From a virus, in IMG/VR virus record IMGVR_UViG_3300031957_002411, positions 32,001-96,000 of that record: 64,000 bases of DNA; one strand, 5' to 3'. Below the pieces are notes generated by a model. That model had not been told where the DNA came from, made no database searches, and was given only the letters and a program-made list of their open reading frames with translations. A program made the translations under genes and the position numbers. Shown one piece after another: positions 56,901 through 64,000 of this stretch (the stretch's first letter is position 1; every line of letters starts with the position of its first letter).

Positions 56901-59803
56901 GATCTTGCTCTAAATATATTATCTCTAGAGGAATCATCATCAGTATATAATTTAAGATAACGACTATCATTATCATTATAAGTTAGTAGTACGCTAAGTG
57001 GATAACTATACTTACTATACAATTTTGTATCAAAGACAGAGTTAATACTACCATCAGTGGCTCTAGCATATCCAGCAAGATATCCACCACTGTAACCAAG
57101 AGCAAATTCAAGTTCTTCTCCACTATCCCATTTGGATAACAGCACCCCAGAATCCCAAAGGTTGTAAGAGCTTCCACTAATACTTATGTCAGGAGAAAAT
57201 CTAACATAGGCCGAGAAACCTCCAGAAACTGGGATGCCGCTTCCAAAATTAATATTACCATCTACTCCAGATACTCTAATAGCTTTATTGAATGAATCAG
57301 AGATTCTACCTTTAAGTTCATGGTCTGATTGCACCCAATCAAGAGTTTTATATGATCGTTGCGAAGTATCAAAAATGCCACTACTGTTAAATCTAAGACC
57401 AATGTTTTCTACTATGCTGGCGTTTGCGTCAGAGTTAAAGAAACCACTAGCTGCCGCAGCAGCAAAAGCACCTATTGGGTTAGACAAAACAAAATTATCT
57501 TGAACGCGAGTGAAATCATAGAAGCCACTCATGAACGGAGTTTCTAGTTCTGGATTATAAAATCCATAGCCAAACTGAACTGGGTTGAATGGACCATTTA
57601 CAATCTCACCATCAACGCCTCTCCATCTTCTTGAATAATTTGTTTTAAGTGTTGATTCTTTATCTAATTCTTTATATCCATGAGGTATATTTTCTATCAA
57701 AGATGAATCTACAACTGTGATGTCTGAATTAATGTTTGTTGGAAAATCAGAAGAACCTGAAGGTAGAGCAAAGAACTCTGATCTGTGGAATGGCCTATTG
57801 TTATCTTGATGACCAACAACATGGAGAGGGAAAGCGTTGGAAGGCTTATAAGTAAATGATAAATATGCATGTGCAATTGCAGCGCCGCTGGGGAATGGGA
57901 ATATATCAAGATATAAATGTTCAAAGTAACTACTATCATTGTATGTAGTACTAGCACCTAGATCAACATCATCTTCATATATTTTTAGAGGTATTGTATA
58001 CTCTGCAAATTCTGTGCTATTTATAACAGGGCTTGTTGGAAGAGAATAATGATCACCACCTTCATTGTTAGTTCCAGATGTTGCGAAGTAACTAAACTTA
58101 TCAGAGAAAGTTTCTGTAGATATTCCAAGATCGTCAATCCCACCAAACCCAGACTCAACTGGCATTACACCAATGCCAGAAGGATGCTCACCAGAAGCAT
58201 TCTGTAGGAATCCACCTATCTTTGGAGTTATGTGGAAAAGTTTGTCATCGCTATATCCCACAACGTCTACAACAAAATCTCTAGTTCCAATTGCTTTTTT
58301 AGCTATTATCTTAAGTTCTATATCTTCTATTTGGAAGAAAGAATCTACTTCAGCAAAGTTTTTGCTTTGAGCTGTTTTCAACCCAAATCCAAACTGTCTG
58401 TCAAATTCACCATCTCTCAAGCCAAAGACAGAAGTTGGTGGTTCATGACCAAACTTTAATTTAAGTTTACCTGAGTCAGCAACGTCAGATGTCGATACTA
58501 ACTCAATAAATCTACCTTGATCGCTTGACCTTAAGGATTGAGTAATTTCATTCTCAACCTCATAATTAAATACATTACTATCATTCTTCCAAACTGAATT
58601 TTCACCAGATGGGTAAATAGTAGTATCATAATTGTAAGCTAATACTTGAGATGGTAATATCTCTCTTACTGAACGTAATCCTGTTTCTTGTGATTTTATG
58701 TATACTCCAAGATCGCCATTATCTATAATTCCAGACACACCTAAAGCACCACCGCTTGCCATGATTTCTATGGCTGCTATATTCAAAGTATCATGAACAT
58801 TTACGCCAGTTGGAATGCAGCTCTGGTCGTAGCCAATACTAAAGCCTTCAGTGAATGAGTCGTCATCTGGTCTGCATTGTACATCTATATCTAAATTTAA
58901 TGTATAACCATTACTCATATTGAGTATGGGATAATTAGCGTTAGATGTTAGCAACTTTGCATTATTAGTTTCAGCTTCAGATATATATGTTACATAATTT
59001 TTGTAATCACTATTGTCAGTATCAGCGTCACCTATGATATCAAAATCTTTATACTTAGTAATGAGATTGCCAGAGGGATCTTCTAATCTAAGATTTGAAA
59101 GTGTGTACTTTGGTGGCACATTAGAAGAAGATGAATTGAGTGGCGCTATAGCTCTAATAATTAAGAAGCTATCACGCATAGCAGGATATGGAGGATCTAC
59201 AAAACATTTGAATTTAAATGTTGTTTGTTCAGAAAGATCTCCACTTATAGCGATATTTTGGTTTTCATTTGCTACCAAGAAACTTTGTTTGAAATTGCCG
59301 GTAAATACACCTTCGTCAATATAATCTATTTTACTATCAGTATCTGTAATATCGGTGTGATTAAGAGTTTTAATAATAGTATTATTACCACTATCAAGAA
59401 TTAAATCACCACTGGGATATATCTTTTTAGTAGATATAAAATCATCTAAGCTTAATAGAGAACTATAATTACCTGCAAGTTTATCGACCGTGCCAGTTTT
59501 AATACTACCTGTACCAATAGTACGAGCTATAATGTTTCCTTCAATTAAATCAATAGTAGCATTAACAAATGCGTTTTTAGATGTATTGTCTGTTGGTTGT
59601 GCGCTTATTGATAGAGATGGCTTTTTTATACTTGATATGCTTTCAAATCTATGTATAAAACTATGAAAAGTTGTAGAACCTAATAAGGATGTTTCTGTAT
59701 TCAAATTTGTTAGCGCATTACCTTGAACAGATATCCCAGACAATAGCTTACTAGAGCCAGAAGGTCTACCTGTCATTTTAGCGCTGCAAAAAAAATCACT
59801 CAT
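47918..59803 (-). CDS. giant (3961 aa) adhesin-like virion protein: LamG-like, beta-strand repeats, 7 FG-GAP blades
   Basis: Seven (F/L/Y)G.S(V/L)...G(A/S)P units, LamG-like stretch ~56800-57300, NLYTSG repeats, very Ser-Gly-rich. Confidence 0.8.
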   Translation of the reverse strand: MSDFFCSAKMTGRPSGSSKLLSGISVQGNALTNLNTETSLLGSTTFHSFIHRFESISSIKKPSLSISAQPTDNTSKNAFVNATIDLIEGNIIARTIGTGSIKTGTVDKLAGNYSSLLSLDDFISTKKIYPSGDLILDSGNNTIIKTLNHTDITDTDSKIDYIDEGVFTGNFKQSFLVANENQNIAISGDLSEQTTFKFKCFVDPPYPAMRDSFLIIRAIAPLNSSSSNVPPKYTLSNLRLEDPSGNLITKYKDFDIIGDADTDNSDYKNYVTYISEAETNNAKLLTSNANYPILNMSNGYTLNLDIDVQCRPDDDSFTEGFSIGYDQSCIPTGVNVHDTLNIAAIEIMASGGALGVSGIIDNGDLGVYIKSQETGLRSVREILPSQVLAYNYDTTIYPSGENSVWKNDSNVFNYEVENEITQSLRSSDQGRFIELVSTSDVADSGKLKLKFGHEPPTSVFGLRDGEFDRQFGFGLKTAQSKNFAEVDSFFQIEDIELKIIAKKAIGTRDFVVDVVGYSDDKLFHITPKIGGFLQNASGEHPSGIGVMPVESGFGGIDDLGISTETFSDKFSYFATSGTNNEGGDHYSLPTSPVINSTEFAEYTIPLKIYEDDVDLGASTTYNDSSYFEHLYLDIFPFPSGAAIAHAYLSFTYKPSNAFPLHVVGHQDNNRPFHRSEFFALPSGSSDFPTNINSDITVVDSSLIENIPHGYKELDKESTLKTNYSRRWRGVDGEIVNGPFNPVQFGYGFYNPELETPFMSGFYDFTRVQDNFVLSNPIGAFAAAAASGFFNSDANASIVENIGLRFNSSGIFDTSQRSYKTLDWVQSDHELKGRISDSFNKAIRVSGVDGNINFGSGIPVSGGFSAYVRFSPDISISGSSYNLWDSGVLLSKWDSGEELEFALGYSGGYLAGYARATDGSINSVFDTKLYSKYSYPLSVLLTYNDNDSRYLKLYTDDDSSRDNIFRARSNTFVMQSGNSDIIAGHSYGSGIGINAFITDIGLGGFNASGANIVQGLIPSEQSRVMQQTSASGYFRTLKVPFDSGSLTYDKRQYNFWEYVNDETEKWHLGDFKICQFNHEFDRFTTRVGKDFVIFNLSHDGSGYTQRTDTALPSGSINVSGLAYHSQIENDMLRFNLSVPRDDNSDRFYAVTPRISKSLPRGYDFTQRGLVVDTIMEHDIDNNVTWSDGTTGPKLIVSLYAPQYNDTSELERSNYGLVNRKAHYLEQSGCWQKLSSTFTYEDFIDNSEPWADFNSDVIDREKTEAYYNFDLDEMFVQYDLAYPSGTSFRSNLKLHAVNLRAEEALASGIIIPESGFTFYVDGRTIRNQAIEFFVNSHVIDSGNFNLYTSGEAVPVASGSANLYTSGTNIVSLDPINGSIPPLTLVTSTIEGSITFDPSLNSFGSIGELFGHEPHIQTHNPAISLFVGGKIELDARSEMNLFVTTDITPLPPSGSIGLFSFSDGVIETDQQQSLFVHGTIPDPTTDTQLMNLYTENTVQPVQDTNIDQMPLFVIGSRVVPSGVSNLNLVTMSYAFLANTDNASNFINWTNENVGTGILANETDYSYLEANDEIRGVDLTAFGSCDFNFERATETPITIHGETFGDDCVEAGIFRPKRLYTNLATSGFKTDVGYSGHFYGIRKYTGLVPDSPYEMTIFGKSGGTDRKSVPASMSIEYGFNDEVNFSGIKLIADGISGASGVVSTPEASGRDYSDEYGASVKAKGNYLLVGAPYREVHDFTGSYSLGEAGSVFVYKRNPAPTGFDWSEQDDKSGFSLVTELAYPEGMRRDSKTRSVITRLNEGTANQRDLPFAAIQTNWTLNQEGRNLGYSLDMSSSGNSPIIVAGAPNGKWSRRFDDPVPDSLQVALFVFTSPFVQERTFRGPGGHPITQTWRDVLSVIEEHDLLYKFYCDPAVKIDPKIIVVEPVLDDANADPNEFIDPEADGTVFKFEINNHKRTDNNQTGGWQATDDKMLEQLKQIFHGAESGVFKYDATKPNNNIPVIVSAIIDDSFSMGAGKLGASFDRFKDWYAEYSLASGVTDIGGTPRSGATTEFTNRELGGERWIDLSNELLRQTLDLDRMKNSRDFELFANFIGNFDVDAATFNVAPPSGGVVVVFEEENNDGVSGWNIIDEIYSPTTLNNNTVDRFGHAVAISDDANVIAIGSPYINEAVQIWQKNYVDPRPYVGSWLSDVGSNDNPTGYLRTMLRRWQSLQSEAGSNSVADNAVYDELTPSGKLQLRRDNNIHCYDLIKEYKYSEIKPGGEWSWLFNKFAPTPRLGYSVAVNEDGSIVAAGAPTDSVLHDDIGTGDPLRLIDLWWRPQTNYNHVTHIKSQWYNSVNAGSVTVFESRRYYPHNNKAVEFTLFGNKHRSVNIESQGANLFDHMSQIFASNSKTFTRLPESEVDIPNDAGLAFIITPEIDALSDEVLDNIQDWLGLGDRHLVLVADDPRFEGNGIYAEGTAIINKILQRLDSRMTIVPARNSFESMIGSNRLDDQEFNENEPNVIPSFVPRNTTSTYVLSTDLYASGVGDIKLNYPGIYEAYTCEERKNILGIPEIGDFPSYADLNSRCNMIPQHGGDLRAEWNDFCEDPRGLGVIIYPVNLAFAFGTVNELDYGCCLGEGDCPVFPTLINYEPIPLMVASEHVSFEKVTPATPDEIIIEDIMGTEIISEDVFGDDPFEEAAFYWSADSNNYKRINLNIQPTSSPSKFITTPDQSFNKTNILRGESNPEKEQKRSSVNIQPLVITAKEKYAESSSEVILIGTTETELRSFIFSGRDDRHVLFYDNLLYEVGSETERLKDFAFIADWTGTDSFFEAREESILDALLEASIPSDGKLDTITTFKFYVDNDHYQAAWIANPTLLDDNGDPISDTVFNREMGFIKEWLSTNNKKLYITLGRSSSNESSVSIDRIRAVEKIANSLGINIKPLLLEARGKYADVTDFRLPNGVTLQGSTTPSTEMFAYSDLKGSIELKNAYGRISNNTIAEIRDIPLGSLVCVDIRSGGTALLSSQSRNSNDIHNITDDFIEIIDVPYLKTGVASVTFPVLAGSGYRVFVDTISANFNEKLQTNFLISNCDRRYGAQASGSNVEIKDVIHIPGNPQHNEFRTVANDFIGARIHKTRSEQQKYDINAFTPRQREFQFDGSVNHESINIYIPSGDGTTAIDVNEITIYMDANKINYTLEQAQSLSFNPSTTRIVGISGALLPSDVKLTPVPVKVGEREIIIPGTPEVVTTVTESRPVSTNSMKYCPSTECSGIFIERNPDGLIDDGPVVAAQEVYHQRPFDVGVDKSRITVLTDASLIQGSRIANENGVIHDTVADFLNSLYPDTVFPDENQGNSYNVISRIKAPVQSSPQKLFNSTGNSGLMIRFAGDGTTPTSGLQMNNFMDDVDPAAERNGNVITILDIDIGESPLYILPTDLPPRPEQVPALKKAQIASFDQEQYIYGGTAKFSGIIDGTMYADAFYGQMPQLLKDKGYDYLDFDKLPSGYPGDLFGYSVAIRDNKLVVGSPFAAFSSETPTTWTAVSGNTPRYEAISGTITSYGGGAGSAFLYERGTRTLSDYGVVGGSSKSWNVVRKFRPTSINVGQDIFDVELASGSLHLGNHAYTSGELDHLTRVTDQFGYSVDFRDDVLAVGAPGHDFPNFEEMIFSRGGEASGAFNHKAFSASIDIPERNIYDMGESGVRHEYALGGSGVTAVLNNGAVFVYEDAVSDWDSRTKDWQLVQKLVPQGYNSRLQKTVSASGSENDYFGKALSVSRDKTSDSDYIFAVGSPHHKFATSGNHTTFTMGLDAGAAYVSDGILRVPDQTTANTGIFLQARIYSDSGIDRSQTSNVSDFIYLEVHNSGGLNTEHETSGVLYTNNEGEIFLEVSGQDPSQRGFVVHRPFIKEITGQRFRGVPIDNRNFTLYTSGRPPVASGSMNLFAEVAEGRVLSSGLGLYASNIPDMVSGVFSGSGFNLYSSGVTTTPSP
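55200..55880 (-). repeat. ~12 degenerate peptide repeats (x-L-[FY]-[TV]-x-G)
   Basis: FTFYVDG, FNLYTSG, ANLYTSG, ISLFVGG, MNLFVTT, QSLFVHG, MNLYTEN, MPLFVIG; four more copies at the C-terminus (47920-48130). Confidence 0.7.
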
Positions 59804-59805
59804 TT

Positions 59806-62800
59806 TTATACTACCATACCGTCCCGTGTTAGTGATCCATCAGGACCAACGCTGTATTCACCAATAGCGTCTGAAACGTATTGCATAATATCGTTCTTAA
59901 GATTAGCAGTTAGATTATTTATAAATGAAGTGCCAGTTAGATTGACATTAATATTAGTTGTATCTAGTTTAATTTGGAATTGTGTATTTTGTAGGTTAGA
60001 AATATTATTAGCAAGTTGTGTGTTAAAATCTCTAAGTGAAGCGCTGAATGAATTTAGGACTTCTGGGCTTACGCCCATTCCACCACCTCCACCAGCTACT
60101 GGATTTTTACTGCCCTCATGTAGATATTGAACTTGTCCTCCTCTAGACATACCCTTGGCTGTGCTTCCTCCGCTATTCATAGATTGTAATATTGAAAGGT
60201 TATTACCACGTTGCACAGCAGATCTACGAACAACAAACTCGCCCGGAGTCAACATGGCAGGAACAGTATCAGTACCCTTTGGTACAAACATTCCTTTGCT
60301 AGCATAAACCATTCCACCTTTTGCAAAACCTGCTGCTGCTAATCTTTCTTTAACAGCTTCTAATTGTGTTTCAGCTGCTTGCATTTGAAGGTTGGCAGCA
60401 TCAAGCATCCTTGCCGCAGAATCAGCTTCAAGTTGAGCTGTTTCTGGTAGAGTTTGAGCTAATGCAATAATTTCTTGATTTATTGCATTTTCTTCGTCTG
60501 TTGTTCCAGCTATGACTCCAGCTTGATCAGCCATTCCAAAGCGAGATAAAGCACCAGCAGCAGCATTTTCAAGCACTCCACCACTACCGCCGATCTGTTG
60601 ACCAAATACAGTCTGTACTCCAGCATTCTGCATGTTTTGTAAGTTTTGCACAGCGCCACCCATGCCAGCCATTCCGAAAGATGACATCAAATTTTGATCA
60701 CCAAGGGCAGCTGCGGCAGTAGCTCCTTGAGTTGCACGACTCTTAAAGAATTCTTCAAAATCACCAGATATTAAAGATTCTAGACCTTTCTTTTCTTCAG
60801 CATTTCTAGCTTTAATTAATTCAAGTTCTCTCTGTTTTTCACTAATAAGTGCGCGGGTAAGATCAGCCTGTTCTTTTATAGCTGCGTTGAGACGATCTTG
60901 TTCGCCTTGCATCGCAGTGCCTTCCATTCTACCAATATCACCACCGCCAGCAACATTAAGTCTTGTTCCTTGTATTCTATTTGCTCTTGCTGTAATTTCA
61001 TTATTTCTTTGACGTATTTCACCGGCACTACCAGTTCTCAACTGAGTTAAACCAAGGTTGGAAGTACGGGCATTAGATTGTGCTATCAAACTTTGTTGAC
61101 GCTGTTGTGAGGTTACAGCTGGCCCACCAGCTTTAGCAATAATTTCAGCAGCTTCCAATTGTACCGCAATAACCTTAGCATTAGCATCAGCTAACTGATT
61201 CTCCAAAGCAATTCTCTTCTTGAGAATGCTAGCCATCTTTTGTTCAATTTCAGCAGATTTTTTTATAGCCTCTTGAAATTCTTTTAAAGACTCTTCTCCA
61301 AATTGATCAACAAGTTTCTGTAAAACACTGAAATCACCCCTATTCAATGCGTCTATATCACCTTGCTCTAGGTCAGCAGTAGATATCAAGGATTTTAGAT
61401 TGTCAATCTGTGTATCAGACATTATACCTTGCATCTGCTGTCCTATTTGATCAGCAAAGGCTTGTTTTAATTCTTGTGGATTCAGAGGGCCGTCTTTTGC
61501 AGGATCAAAACTTTTCTTTAAGTTTTCAATCACACTCGGAACTGCTGCTTGTGCTGCGTTAATTCCTGTAGTAGATTCTTTAAACTTATCAATTTGATCA
61601 GCACTAGCTCCAAGATTTTCTAAGGCTCTAGCACCTGTCTGGACAGCGCCAGCAAAAACGGCAGGGTCTAAGGCTGCACCCGCAGCAGTTAGACCAGCTT
61701 GTAAAGTACCCAAAGCATTCTCAATACTACTATTATCACCTAAATCTTCAAAATTACCTAAATTGTTTAGTGCGACGATAGAAGCGTCAGCAGCGGCATT
61801 TACATTTGTAAGTCCAAGATTTAATAATTCAAATTGTTTTCTAGCTCTTTCTACATCTTTTTGTATACTATCAAAAATATCTTCTAAACTAACGCCAGCT
61901 CTATCAAACGCTGCACGTAATGCTGGATCTAAACTAGCAAAAAATCCTTGAAAGTCACCACCAGAAGCTGCCATAGCTCTTGCTTGAGCTTGAACAGCAG
62001 GCATTGCTATCTTAGTTACATCTTGATCTCTAGCTTCTTGAGCTTTTCTCTCTTCTCTTCTGACTGTGGCGGTGGTTTTTTCCATTCCAAGCATCTGTCT
62101 TATTTGACCCGGAACACCACCAAGAAAACCAAACATAGAGTCACCACCACTTGAACTTCTCTCTGATGCCGTTACTGCCTCTTTTCCTCTTCTATTAGCT
62201 TCACTAGCAGATTCAGCAGCTGCGATGGCTGGTTCCAAAAATTCTGCTATAGAAATATTACCTTTGGTATATTCTTGGGCTGCTTTAGCTGCGTCTTCAT
62301 GAGCCTGAGCTAGTGCTTTTGCAGTAGCAGCTGCCTGTGCCTGAGCAGCAGCTTGAGTTTTAGCAACTTCAATACTAGGCTTTAAGACTTGAGCTATCAA
62401 TAATCCAAAAGCAGCGCCTATAGCAGCGCCAATTGGACCACCAAGTAAAAAGCCAAGAACAGCGCCGCCGCCTGCACCAGCTGCCTGAATACCCACTGAA
62501 TCAAATCCAGCACCCTCCACAGCGGCTCGCTCTGCCGCTGCAACATTACCGTCTTCTATGGCATATGTTAGCCTTTCAGTGACTCCATTTAATTTTTTCA
62601 ATAATCCAACAAAAAGATACATACCAGCGGCAGCAATCGCTGCTGCGCCAAATGCTTGTGTAACACTGCCAACAGCTGCACCAAGCTTTCCAAACTTGTC
62701 GCCTAATACGGTAAAACCTTGTCCCTGCTTCAATGGACCCATTCTTTCCTGAATGCCAGCCATTTTTCCGAATTTAGATGTGCCTAATCTATCACCAAAA

Positions 62801-64000
62801 TTTATACCCATTTGTTGACCGATATTAGTAAATGCCGATTTGCCTTCTCCCCCAAACAAGGCAAACATGCTGGAAACATTTGCTGCCTTAGCAAGTTCAG
62901 TAAGTCCTGTAGCAGCTGCTGTAATTGTAGTTCCAAATTCTAGAATCGAACTAGTATTTCTCATGAAAGCGCTGGTATTCTCATCAATAACTGGCATCAA
63001 AGCTTGTATAGAACCCAAAGCTAGAGTAAGACCTAAAGCACCGCTGATTCCTCCTTCTGCTTCACCACCATTCTTAAATCTTTGTACCTTACCGCCTGTA
63101 GCATATCTATTGATTTTTTTAAGATTACCATAACCAAAAGCTTCAGCAGATTTTCTATTTACAACAAATTCACCGGGAGTAAGAAGTGCTGGAACTGTGT
63201 CCGTACCAGCGCCACTAATGCCTCCACCTTTATTTCTTCTTGCGTATCTACCAGTAACGTTTGAGGGGCTAAGAGGAGATTTACCATGATCAATTAGATA
63301 TCTACCAAAACCCCCAGATGTACCAGTAATTTGATCTAACAACATCTCTTCTGTTGTTTTGTTAGATGTAAGATATTGCTTATACTGATACGTACCCCTA
63401 TTAGCAGCGTTACGAGCTGTTTTAGACGATGTTACTAGCGTGCTAGAAGGAATCTTAACTCCTCTACCAGCACCAGAACCTTTAGCCTTGGGAAATTCTT
63501 GTTCAGGGTTCAATGACTGTAATGCTGATAGTCTGGACTCAGCTACCCGACTAGGCTTTCCTTTGGTTTCATAAGCGTCATAACCTGCGGGTCTAAATGT
63601 TGCTCTGAATTTTTTCCCAGTAGGCGCGACCATTGCGCTAAACGTATCTCCATCATCCATTTTTATGCTTCGTTTATCTAGGCTAGCTAATTCTGCCATG
63701 CCGCCTGCTTTATATTTATTAATACTAGATAAATTTTTAGCACCAAAAGCTTGTACAGCGCTTTTACGAATTACAAACTCTCCCGGCGTAAGCATAGCTG
63801 GCACAGTATCAGAGTTTCCAGTACCGGGAACTGTACCTCCTCTATTCATACCTAAAGCTCCCTTAATACCACCAAATGCGCCTCCAAGACCCTTAGCGAT
63901 CTTAATAGTAGCGAAAGCTGCGATAAGTGGAATTAATGGCTTGATAGCATCAGCGACTTTCAAAAATGCACTAGCAATGTTTAAAGCAGAATTAGCTATA
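59806..64000 (-). CDS. tail tape measure-like protein, C-terminal part (5' truncated by window)
   Basis: Frame stays open to base 64000; Ala/Gly-rich helical and coiled-coil content, hydrophobic GGPIGAAIGAA segments, three GG..DTVPAxLTPGEFV repeats. Confidence 0.85.
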   Translation of the reverse strand, partial: IANSALNIASAFLKVADAIKPLIPLIAAFATIKIAKGLGGAFGGIKGALGMNRGGTVPGTGNSDTVPAMLTPGEFVIRKSAVQAFGAKNLSSINKYKAGGMAELASLDKRSIKMDDGDTFSAMVAPTGKKFRATFRPAGYDAYETKGKPSRVAESRLSALQSLNPEQEFPKAKGSGAGRGVKIPSSTLVTSSKTARNAANRGTYQYKQYLTSNKTTEEMLLDQITGTSGGFGRYLIDHGKSPLSPSNVTGRYARRNKGGGISGAGTDTVPALLTPGEFVVNRKSAEAFGYGNLKKINRYATGGKVQRFKNGGEAEGGISGALGLTLALGSIQALMPVIDENTSAFMRNTSSILEFGTTITAAATGLTELAKAANVSSMFALFGGEGKSAFTNIGQQMGINFGDRLGTSKFGKMAGIQERMGPLKQGQGFTVLGDKFGKLGAAVGSVTQAFGAAAIAAAGMYLFVGLLKKLNGVTERLTYAIEDGNVAAAERAAVEGAGFDSVGIQAAGAGGGAVLGFLLGGPIGAAIGAAFGLLIAQVLKPSIEVAKTQAAAQAQAAATAKALAQAHEDAAKAAQEYTKGNISIAEFLEPAIAAAESASEANRRGKEAVTASERSSSGGDSMFGFLGGVPGQIRQMLGMEKTTATVRREERKAQEARDQDVTKIAMPAVQAQARAMAASGGDFQGFFASLDPALRAAFDRAGVSLEDIFDSIQKDVERARKQFELLNLGLTNVNAAADASIVALNNLGNFEDLGDNSSIENALGTLQAGLTAAGAALDPAVFAGAVQTGARALENLGASADQIDKFKESTTGINAAQAAVPSVIENLKKSFDPAKDGPLNPQELKQAFADQIGQQMQGIMSDTQIDNLKSLISTADLEQGDIDALNRGDFSVLQKLVDQFGEESLKEFQEAIKKSAEIEQKMASILKKRIALENQLADANAKVIAVQLEAAEIIAKAGGPAVTSQQRQQSLIAQSNARTSNLGLTQLRTGSAGEIRQRNNEITARANRIQGTRLNVAGGGDIGRMEGTAMQGEQDRLNAAIKEQADLTRALISEKQRELELIKARNAEEKKGLESLISGDFEEFFKSRATQGATAAAALGDQNLMSSFGMAGMGGAVQNLQNMQNAGVQTVFGQQIGGSGGVLENAAAGALSRFGMADQAGVIAGTTDEENAINQEIIALAQTLPETAQLEADSAARMLDAANLQMQAAETQLEAVKERLAAAGFAKGGMVYASKGMFVPKGTDTVPAMLTPGEFVVRRSAVQRGNNLSILQSMNSGGSTAKGMSRGGQVQYLHEGSKNPVAGGGGGMGVSPEVLNSFSASLRDFNTQLANNISNLQNTQFQIKLDTTNINVNLTGTSFINNLTANLKNDIMQYVSDAIGEYSVGPDGSLTRDGMVV

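Noticed and set aside
47918-59803. Diversity-generating retroelement target
   Set aside because: No reverse transcriptase and no near-identical TR/VR nucleotide repeat pair seen in the window
1355-63264. Numerous 60-170 aa antisense or alternate-frame ORFs in the track
   Set aside because: They are shadows of longer genes with recognisable motifs; no RBS or motif support
1-64000. Stop-codon reassignment
   Set aside because: Code 11 gives near-complete coding density, and TAA, TGA and TAG all terminate well-defined genes
1-64000. tRNA, rRNA or structured ncRNA genes
   Set aside because: Intergenic gaps are all under ~80 nt; no cloverleaf or T-loop motif recognised

Overview
64 kb segment of a large, AT-rich tailed dsDNA phage (Caudoviricetes, probably a large or jumbo genome; standard genetic code; host not determinable from sequence). 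Bases 1-37.7 kb (+ strand) form a tightly overlapping replication/recombination arm: dUTPase, PhoH, RecA-like, DnaB, DnaG, dNMP kinase, PD-(D/E)XK nucleases, SSB and a Rad52/Sak-like protein. Its family-C polymerase (DnaE) is split into two intein-free genes, with a DEDDh proofreading exonuclease and an EndoVII-type endonuclease between them. Two large glycan modules are embedded in this arm: a ~11.6 kb nucleotide-sugar island (KdsA, DapA-like aldolase, CMP-sugar synthetase, HAD phosphatase, RmlABCD, C-methyltransferase, ketoisomerase, oxygenases, glycosyltransferases) and a GT4 cluster. After a bidirectional terminator at 37.75 kb, the - strand carries the tail/virion module. This includes a 3961-aa Ser-Gly-rich adhesin-like protein with seven FG-GAP blades, a MIDAS-like motif and a LamG-like region, and a tape-measure-like protein (running off the window) with a thermonuclease-like domain bracketed by repeated GG...DTVPAxLTPGEFV motifs. 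CCWGG sites appear to be strongly avoided throughout. All assignments come from visual motif recognition; no searches were run.
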